From: Candidatus Hermodarchaeota archaeon
GTDB taxonomy: Archaea; Asgardarchaeota; Hermodarchaeia; Hermodarchaeales; Hermodarchaeaceae
DNA length: 15,025 nt
Direction: 5' to 3'
Assembly (NCBI GenBank): GCA_016840065.1
Contig: JAEOTB010000103.1
Location: 1-15,025, forward strand
The notes beneath the pieces are model-generated. The model saw nothing but the letters and a program-made list of their open reading frames with translations, was not told the DNA's origin and did no database searches. Shown in pieces: positions 8,697-15,025 of the stretch. The stretch's first letter is position 1; each line of letters starts with the position of its first letter. A program made the position numbers and the translations under genes.

Positions 8697-8906
8697 TGGC
8701 AATCCTTCCTTCTAGTTCCACCGGAAGAGTGGATATGCTGATTTTGTTCAGGGAAGATTAGGTCTTGCAATCAAATCCATACTAGGCTTCTATCTAGGAG
8801 TGGACTTTCATCATACGCCTAGTTGCCTTTGAAGGGGTATAGCAAATAGCGAAGAGCTATATTAGGCGCGAATAACGCTTAGCCCGACTTTGTTGGATGT
8901 TATTTT

Positions 8907-9254
8907 ATGAGCCCAAGACCCAGAGCACGCCGCCGCGCCCACCGTCGCCGACGCCGCCAAATCCGTAGACGTACGCGACGTAGAAGACGTGCATATAGAC
9001 GACACCGAAGGCGCCTCAGAAGAGGAGATTGGTGGCTCTTTTCATTCATTGGCATTCCCAATCCCTTCCGAGTCCGCCGTAGGGACATCGTAATCATCGA
9101 GAAGGAAACTGGCAAATCGGTTGAAGATATGACGGAAGAGGAACTGATAGAGGAACTAGAGAAACGTGGAATCGAAGTGGAAGACCTCGATGATGAAGAA
9201 CAAGAAGCACTCGATGCCGTTGAAGGAGAAGAAGACGAGGGCCAAGATACCTAG
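8907..9254 (+). CDS. Small protein with Arg-rich N-terminus and acidic C-terminus
   Basis: MSPRPRARRRAHRRRRRQIRRRTRRRRRAYRRHRRRLRR, then WWLFSF, ETGKSVEDMTEEEL and a D/E tail. Confidence 0.75.
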   Translation: MSPRPRARRRAHRRRRRQIRRRTRRRRRAYRRHRRRLRRGDWWLFSFIGIPNPFRVRRRDIVIIEKETGKSVEDMTEEELIEELEKRGIEVEDLDDEEQEALDAVEGEEDEGQDT

Positions 9255-9354
9255 CGATCATTCACAAGCATTCACTAGCAAGTACCAGAGTATGATGTGG
9301 ATTCTTCGATTCTCTTAAACCATAAAACCCATCTTAAGGAATCAGCCAAGTTCT

Positions 9355-9858
9355 TCATGAGAAGTAATGAAGTGGTTCCTCGCTATGGACCTCCAGATGG
9401 TGGTCAAGAGTCCAGACTATTATTAGAAAGCCTTTGAAACCGTCTTCTATCCCACGGATAAGTGCTGGTTTAGTGAGTTCACTGAGGAACACTGTGTTCG
9501 TGAGTAGGATATGGCTCCATACTCCGGTCTTGCCGTCCTTTGTTACCTCGAAGCTGGATTGACGCTGCATCAACTGCATTCGAAGATCGTAGAATATCTT
9601 GTTCCGCTCTTCAGCAGATAACCTGGATAATGCTCTCTGATGCTCTAGACTAATTGGCGTCCCACTAGCTATGACTATACGGTCTTTGTAATCGTTGGGC
9701 TGGGCTATAGATACAAGGCGTGGAGAGCCCGACGGATAGGTACATGTTAAATGGAAGGTTGCTGTGTCGTCTTCCATTTCCCGGCGAAACAGCCTATCCT
9801 CTTCTAGCCACCGGGTTATGGTTTCTTTCCATTCCTCTGCGGTGGGTTCAGACGACAT
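9355..9858 (-). CDS. DUF2299-like archaeal protein
   Basis: ITRWLEEDRLF..DDTATFH..YP..ISLEHQRAL..FYDLR pattern, assigned from memory. GGAGG lies 6 nt upstream of ATG 9858; the track start is 9864. Confidence 0.7.
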   Translation of the reverse strand: MSSEPTAEEWKETITRWLEEDRLFRREMEDDTATFHLTCTYPSGSPRLVSIAQPNDYKDRIVIASGTPISLEHQRALSRLSAEERNKIFYDLRMQLMQRQSSFEVTKDGKTGVWSHILLTNTVFLSELTKPALIRGIEDGFKGFLIIVWTLDHHLEVHSEEPLHYFS

Positions 9859-9870
9859 GACCATCCTCCC

Positions 9871-12870
9871 CTATGTGAGTAAGAATCCATTAAGGTCCTT
9901 TTCGTCTTCAGACCATTTCTCTGTGTCACTGGGTTCTGTAATACCCAGACTTTCCAAGCGTTCCTGTAGTTTACGGACTACTGGATTTGACCTCCTCTCT
10001 TTGAAGAGGAGTAAACAGTTACTAATGATCTGGGTTAGTTCAGTTTTAAAGAGGTCTGGGGCTTTCTGGAGAAGTTCTTCTTGAATTTCTAGTGCCTCTT
10101 GATAAGCGCGTTCCGCTTCCACAAGTTGCCCCCTTCTCTTGTTAAGGATACCAATATTGTTCAAGGTTGATGCGAGACATCCTTGGTAGAGACTTGGAGC
10201 TTTTGCGGCTAGAATCCTGCGCAAACGAAGGGTTTCCTGAAAGACTGATTGTGCTTCAGAGAACCTCCCATCCACAGCCAGTACTACACCTAGATTGTTT
10301 AGCGATGTGGCAACACCCAGAAGATTGAACTCGGGTGCCTCTGACGCTAGTTTCCGGCGGATAGCTAGAGCCTCACGAAGTACACTTTCAGCCTCTGAGA
10401 AACGTCCAGCCTGTCGGAGGAACACCCCATAGTTTGTGAGGTTAGCAGCTAGATGGCGACGATACAGGTCAGGAGACTTGCCAGCTAGCTGACGGTGGAT
10501 TTCTAGCGCCTCCTGGTACGCCATCTCTGCACTCTCTGGTTGAACGGTCTGACGGAACAAGATTGCCATGTTATTGAGGGCTTGAGCAACACGCTGCCCA
10601 TACAAGTCAGGGTTTTTTTCAGCTAATTCACGATAGATTCGAAGCGCTTCCCGTAGCTCTAATTCTGCCCCCGCTGGTTGACCCGCCTGACGATGCAAAA
10701 TCCCGTGCAAATTGAAGGCATCCCCCAGTATAACTTGGTAGACATGTGGCGTTTCCTTAGCTAGTGTTTTTGCAAGACGAATAACTTCCCTGCCATCCTC
10801 TTCAGCGTCCTTTACTCTGCCTGTTAGGATGAAGAGAGAAGTCAGACCCGCCAAGCAAAGTAATCCACCTCCTTGTTCTATGTTCGGCTCGTCCTTGAAC
10901 TCGTTGAAGCATGATAGGGCCTCATAGTATAGATCCTCTGCCTCATCAGGTTTACCCGATTGAATACTAAGACGACCAAGGGAGAGGTGTATATGCGCTG
11001 TGGATAGAGGGGCGAGTGTTTTACTTGACAGACCCTTGTTGAGTTCGATAACACTGTAGTATATTTTCTGTGCTTCTGAATATTGTCCTGTACTAGTGAG
11101 GAAATCTGCGAAGTGCCTCAGCGAATATGCAAGGGTTTCTCGGGCAGCTTCACTAGGGTTCTTAGCGACTAGTTCCTTGCTCAGCTGAACTGCTTCCTGC
11201 AATGCAGCCTCCGCTTCGGAAGACCGCCCTACTTCGACGAGGAGAAGTGATAGATTGGAAAGAGGATATACTATCTCAGGCAGGTACCTGTCTGGGTCCT
11301 GCATCATTAAATCACGGTAAATCCGGATACATTGTCGAAAGTCGTTTTCAGCCTCTATAATCCGATTTAGTGCGTGGTAGATTACGGCTCTTATTCGTGC
11401 ACGCATAGCACGACCCTCATCAGATGTGAATCTGATGAAATCGACCATTACTAGGGCATCAGGGTGACGCTCGCGTTTTATTAGATCATTACCAATTTCC
11501 CTAGCCTTAACATAGGTTAATGATTGGTCAGCAAACTCTCGTACGGTCAGCGATACTCCCATTAGACGGTAATCTGACAGCTCGATACTGACTCCCTCAA
11601 GGCGATCAGCGACCTCTTTTGCCAATCTTGGTAGCTGATCACCCAACTCGGCGAGTACTAGGTCACGAGCTAGTGCGTGTAATTCCCAGTAACCATCTCC
11701 TCGATCATGCACAAAACTCAACCGAGTGAGGCGCTCCCAATGATCGGTTCTTAGATTTGGTGCAGCAATTTCGAGTATCTTCTGATCAAAGAAGGGAATG
11801 AGACCCGCCTGGTCAATGAATTCTAGCAATCCCTCTGCGAGGTTGAGGAGGCGCCGCCATGTCTTCAGGCGGACCTGCTCCAGTGTTTCAGCACGCAGGC
11901 TTTCGACATCCTCTCCACTGAGCGGGCAGCATTCGGCTAAATCACAAATAGCGTTGAGGACAAAGGGGTTTCCACCACTAATACTCACGATTTGGGTGTG
12001 AAGCTCCGGAGGCACTCCCCGCTGAGTCAGCAAGTCTCGACTACTAGCCTCGTCTAACTCGGTGAGTTCTGCCTCCTCAATAGTAACTTCTGCACTGAGG
12101 TTTGGCGGCAGCGCCCTCCGGCTGGCAGCGACACCAACAGTGTTTGCCAATGAAGAAAGGAAGATATACCAGAGTTCCGCTTCACTGATTTTTTGGTCAC
12201 CATATTGCCAATAACGGTGTTCACCATCAACTGCTTCAAAGTGGTCTAACAAAATCAAGAGTGGCTGCTGTAACTGTTTCCGCCCCCTGAGATCCTCTAG
12301 AAGGGCGTCCAAGAAGAGGAACTCTGCCTGATGAGGATCCCTCCAGAGCACCTCTAAGACTTTCTCTACATAGTTATTGCCAAGGCGTGTCTGTAGCCAT
12401 CCTGCGACTGTTCCAAAGCGTCGTTTGAGCTGGGGGCGTAGTTTAGCTCCGACGGTTTTGATGGCTTTGCTGATGTCTACCATACTCCCAACAAAGGGGA
12501 GAACCTTCACTAAGTCAAACGCCCAGCTTCGACCGGGGTCTTGGGTAGGTTGGATGCCTTTTACGAAGCGTAAGCGTATTGTCCAGAGTAAATCGAATCG
12601 TGGAAGCTTGATGCCCTGCCAAGCAGCCGCCTTTGCGAGGGCATCTAGCCGGTTGAAAAGAGACTTGACTCGGCGGAAGTCTAGGAGAATGGTCTTTTCC
12701 ACCAGGCCTTTCCAACGCTCAAACAAGGAGGTTTTCCCAATTCCTCCAAGCCCCCTTAGATGTAGCACTACGCTTCTTTCTTGGCAACGGCTGAGGGCAT
12801 CGGTCATCCAGCCTAAATAGGACTCCCGATTGACGAACACCTGCTTAATCGGTTTATAACGCTCCCACAT
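9871..12870 (-). CDS. STAND-class P-loop NTPase with C-terminal TPR array
   Basis: FVNRE, Walker A GLGGIGKT, Walker B LILLDHFE, SGGNP (GxP), LHALARD (MHD-like). Repeats of about 47 aa: A.SLNNLG.L...GR..EAE....EAL.I.R.LA. Confidence 0.88.
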   Translation of the reverse strand: MWERYKPIKQVFVNRESYLGWMTDALSRCQERSVVLHLRGLGGIGKTSLFERWKGLVEKTILLDFRRVKSLFNRLDALAKAAAWQGIKLPRFDLLWTIRLRFVKGIQPTQDPGRSWAFDLVKVLPFVGSMVDISKAIKTVGAKLRPQLKRRFGTVAGWLQTRLGNNYVEKVLEVLWRDPHQAEFLFLDALLEDLRGRKQLQQPLLILLDHFEAVDGEHRYWQYGDQKISEAELWYIFLSSLANTVGVAASRRALPPNLSAEVTIEEAELTELDEASSRDLLTQRGVPPELHTQIVSISGGNPFVLNAICDLAECCPLSGEDVESLRAETLEQVRLKTWRRLLNLAEGLLEFIDQAGLIPFFDQKILEIAAPNLRTDHWERLTRLSFVHDRGDGYWELHALARDLVLAELGDQLPRLAKEVADRLEGVSIELSDYRLMGVSLTVREFADQSLTYVKAREIGNDLIKRERHPDALVMVDFIRFTSDEGRAMRARIRAVIYHALNRIIEAENDFRQCIRIYRDLMMQDPDRYLPEIVYPLSNLSLLLVEVGRSSEAEAALQEAVQLSKELVAKNPSEAARETLAYSLRHFADFLTSTGQYSEAQKIYYSVIELNKGLSSKTLAPLSTAHIHLSLGRLSIQSGKPDEAEDLYYEALSCFNEFKDEPNIEQGGGLLCLAGLTSLFILTGRVKDAEEDGREVIRLAKTLAKETPHVYQVILGDAFNLHGILHRQAGQPAGAELELREALRIYRELAEKNPDLYGQRVAQALNNMAILFRQTVQPESAEMAYQEALEIHRQLAGKSPDLYRRHLAANLTNYGVFLRQAGRFSEAESVLREALAIRRKLASEAPEFNLLGVATSLNNLGVVLAVDGRFSEAQSVFQETLRLRRILAAKAPSLYQGCLASTLNNIGILNKRRGQLVEAERAYQEALEIQEELLQKAPDLFKTELTQIISNCLLLFKERRSNPVVRKLQERLESLGITEPSDTEKWSEDEKDLNGFLLT

Positions 12871-12900
12871 ACAGGAACCTCAGCTGTTGCTGCTATGTCT

Positions 12901-12940
12901 TTCCTTGCTTGTCCCTCATAAGCGTTCCTTGCTTATCATA
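12901..12940. repeat. Short direct repeat in a divergent promoter region
   Basis: TTCCTTGCTT at 12901-12910 and 12925-12934, each followed within 1-5 nt by TCATA. Confidence 0.6.
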
Positions 12941-13061
12941 CAAGATGGCGCTAGAATTTCAATATAATATTTAGGGAAGGGGCGTAAAATACCAACCAGC
13001 ATCTGCTTAATGGCAGCCAAAATGTCAAAGGAAAATGATGAATGTTTTTGGTGAAAAGGCC

Positions 13062-13283
13062 ATGGCTAAAATTAAGAAATACGAAAAGGACGAGAAATGG
13101 GTCGAAATAGACCTAGAACTCTGTAAGGGCGCGGCAGAATGCGAGAACTGGTGCCCAATCGGGGTTTACGTGATTGAAGAAGAGAAAGCTACAGCACCGA
13201 ACATAGAAGACTGCATCGGGTGCGGTGCATGTCAACGTGTATGCCCAACCCAAGCAATAGTACGACACTGGGCCTGGAAATAA
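13062..13283 (+). CDS. Dicluster ferredoxin, probably 3Fe-4S + 4Fe-4S
   Basis: CKGAAECENWCP and CIGCGACQRVCP. GGTGA at 13050-13054 precedes ATG 13062; the track start is 13035. Confidence 0.92.
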   Translation: MAKIKKYEKDEKWVEIDLELCKGAAECENWCPIGVYVIEEEKATAPNIEDCIGCGACQRVCPTQAIVRHWAWK

Positions 13284-13328
13284 AGACAGGGATTGCGGTA
13301 TCTTAACTGAAGGAAGTCGTCGAGGGAT

Positions 13329-13994
13329 CTAGCGGGTTCGCTGCCCCATATAATCAATTATCCACTGATACCTGGGCTTCTTCTGTATCGGATGCAGCTC
13401 TACACCTTCCACAAGACACAGTAGCTTCAACCTAGGAAACAGGGATAACACCTCGTCCTTGGTGAAGAAATGCTGGTAAAGGCGATACTTGGAATGGTAA
13501 TAGGTATTGGGTTCAACCTCCTCTAGCGAGCTGGAGTCCCTGACATGTTCGAATTCATCAAGGGAGAACACCCGAGCATAGACTACGCCGCGACGGGCTA
13601 GCCCTGCGTAAATCTTCTTTGCTATCTCTTCAATCTCTGACTTTCTGAAGAACTGTAACACCTTCGAGGCGATAATCAAGGCATACCGGCGGTTGGGAAT
13701 CTCGTAGGAGTGGATGTCGACGACTTGTGCGGTCAGTGTAAGGTTCTCTGTACGAGCGTGTTCTTGGCACTGTTTCACATAGGTTGTTGAGATATCGATG
13801 CAGTCCACTTCGTACCCCATTTTGGCAAAGAAGAGCGCGTTCCGCCCTTTCCCCATCCCCAAATCCAGTACTGGCCCATTCGGAACCTGAGGAAGGTACT
13901 CAATCAGCCGCCAGTCAGGACTCACTCCCAACTTGTCCCTAACTGCGCGATACGCCTCCATCCATCCTATAACCTGGTACGCCATCTCGACCAC
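13329..13994 (-). CDS. Class I SAM-dependent methyltransferase (TehB-like)
   Basis: VLDLGMGKGRNALFFAKMGYEVDCIDIS; HFFTKDEVLSLF. Confidence 0.88.
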   Translation of the reverse strand: MVEMAYQVIGWMEAYRAVRDKLGVSPDWRLIEYLPQVPNGPVLDLGMGKGRNALFFAKMGYEVDCIDISTTYVKQCQEHARTENLTLTAQVVDIHSYEIPNRRYALIIASKVLQFFRKSEIEEIAKKIYAGLARRGVVYARVFSLDEFEHVRDSSSLEEVEPNTYYHSKYRLYQHFFTKDEVLSLFPRLKLLCLVEGVELHPIQKKPRYQWIIDYMGQRTR

Positions 13995-14088
13995 TCTGTG
14001 GCAATTGATACGCTCATCTAATAACCATTATTATACTGATTCATCCCTATCATTGTAAAAATGATTACCCAATAGGAGGTGAATCATT

Positions 14089-14247
14089 GTGAGATGTTCG
14101 TCAATACGAAGCCATGCAGACGCTAAAGACGTTGAAAAAGACATCAACGAATGGCTGAAAAACAACCCCGGAGTCAACATCCGCTTCATCACCCAATCTG
14201 AAAGAGCCTCCAAAGGATGGGTTATTACCACGTTCTTCTATGACTAG
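14089..14247 (+). CDS. 52-aa small protein (Cse60/DUF2758-like pattern); not in the ORF track
   Basis: AGGAGGTGA RBS at 14074-14082, GTG start, MRCSSIRSHADAKDVEKDINEWLKNNPGVNIRFITQSERASKGWVITTFFYD, TAG stop. Confidence 0.8.
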   Translation: MRCSSIRSHADAKDVEKDINEWLKNNPGVNIRFITQSERASKGWVITTFFYD

Positions 14248-14362
14248 GTAGATGGAAAGAAGGTAGACCTGACAAATCCTGGCTAGGGACACTCTCTAGT
14301 AGAGGACCAGACTTGTTACGCCTTAGTTCTCTCTTGTCGATGTAGGGAGAGATACGGTCCCC

Positions 14363-15025
14363 CTACTTTATCACTTTCAGTTCTTTACCCACTTTCTCAA
14401 AGGCAGCAATCGCCTCATCCAGATCGTCCTTCGTCAAAGCCGCATTCATGATCAAACGGAGCCTCGCCTGATCTCGTGCGACCATCGGAAAGACAATCGG
14501 TAGAGCGAAGACCCCTTCGTCAAACAGACGGTTGCTCATCCGCTTCGCCTTCTCACTCTCACCAACAATGATGGGAATAATAGGCGTCTCACTGAACCCG
14601 GTGTTGAAACCTAAATCATCCATAGCGGATTTCAGTTGCTTAGTATTCGCCCACAGGTTCTTCACATGCTTTGGCTCGGTTTCTAGGATGTCAATTGCAG
14701 CAATACATGCAGCAGCCACTGGTGGTGGATGTGAACCGCTTAGCAGCCAGGTTCGAGACTTGTTCAGCGCAAAGTTGCGAAGTGATAGGCTTCCTGAGAC
14801 GTGTCCTCCAACCACTCCGAACGCCTTAGAGAATTTAGGCTGCTGAGGGGAGTGCATCCCCAAAGCATGTTCCCATCTCTACGTGGACGTCTTTGTGGGT
14901 GAGGTTGAAGTGGGAGACTATGCCGCGGCCTCCTTCGCCGAGGACTGCTTCGCCGTGGGCATCATCCACATAGATTGTTGCGCCGTGGGGTTTGCAGGCT
15001 TTGACGATTTTGTCGAGGGGGGCGA
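14363..15025 (-). CDS. kbl: Glycine C-acetyltransferase / 8-amino-7-oxononanoate synthase family PLP enzyme; 5'-truncated by the window and split by a 34-nt insert
   Basis: Upstream part APLDKIV..VDDAHGEAVLGEGGRG..VEMGT (15023-14869). Downstream part FSKAFGVVGG..PIIPIIVG..IVFPMVARDQARLR (from 14833) is in a different frame. kbl versus bioF is not firmly resolved. Confidence 0.88.
14835..14868 (-). other. Candidate bulge-helix-bulge (tRNA-endonuclease-type) intron in mRNA
   Basis: Insert AUGCUUUGGGGAUGCACUCCCCUCAGCAGCCUAA. Its removal gives ATG GGA ACA TTC TCT AAG (MGTFSK). The junctions form a relaxed BHB. Confidence 0.75.

Noticed and set aside
8697-8906. Intergenic region with ACTAGGC/GCCTAGT inverted repeat as an ncRNA
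   Set aside because: The pairing is too short and no RNA family is recognisable
7998-9115. Minus-strand ORFs 7998-8702 and 8900-9115
   Set aside because: They overlap better-supported plus-strand genes; the Arg runs arise from CG-rich codon symmetry
14031-14292. Minus-strand ORFs 14031-14231 and 14101-14292
   Set aside because: Antisense shadows of the RBS-supported plus-strand 52-aa gene
14363-14863. Track ORF of 166 aa starting MGMHSPQQPK as a standalone gene
   Set aside because: Its start lies inside the 34-nt insert, and it lacks the DDAH half of the enzyme, which is upstream in another frame
14835-14868. Insert as a MITE/IS remnant or CRISPR repeat
   Set aside because: Only one copy seen, only a 2-nt AT junction redundancy, and no transposase, spacers or cas genes in the window
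14834-14870. +1 frameshift or ribosomal hop as the explanation for the split kbl gene
   Set aside because: A frameshift at GCC-UAA-A would add about 11 aa next to the PLP lysine, and take-off ACA does not match landing AAA. BHB excision fits better. A simple pseudogenising insertion is not excluded.

Overview
Gene-dense archaeal window of about 16 CDSs. GGTGA/GGAGG ribosome-binding sites, TATA boxes, frequent TTG/GTG starts, DUF2299 and Zn-ribbon and coiled-coil proteins suggest an Asgard- or Bathyarchaeia-like lineage (inference). I saw no rRNA, tRNA, CRISPR array or transposase. In order, it encodes a Cys8 Zn-finger at the edge, a DUF4037-type protein, two tandem coiled-coil + winged-helix proteins, an acetyl-CoA synthetase-family ligase, a membrane-anchored M14 carboxypeptidase and an orphan DNA methyltransferase. 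These are followed by a PH-like/Zn-ribbon protein, an Arg-rich/acidic small protein, a STAND NTPase-TPR with DUF2299, a ferredoxin, a SAM methyltransferase, a 52-aa ORF missing from the track, and a kbl/bioF-family PLP enzyme. The main finding is in the kbl/bioF gene. A 34-nt hairpin insert (14835-14868) splits the conserved GT|FSKA motif, and its junctions fold into a relaxed bulge-helix-bulge. Cutting at the canonical BHB positions restores the frame exactly, so it is a candidate tRNA-type intron in the mRNA of a metabolic gene.
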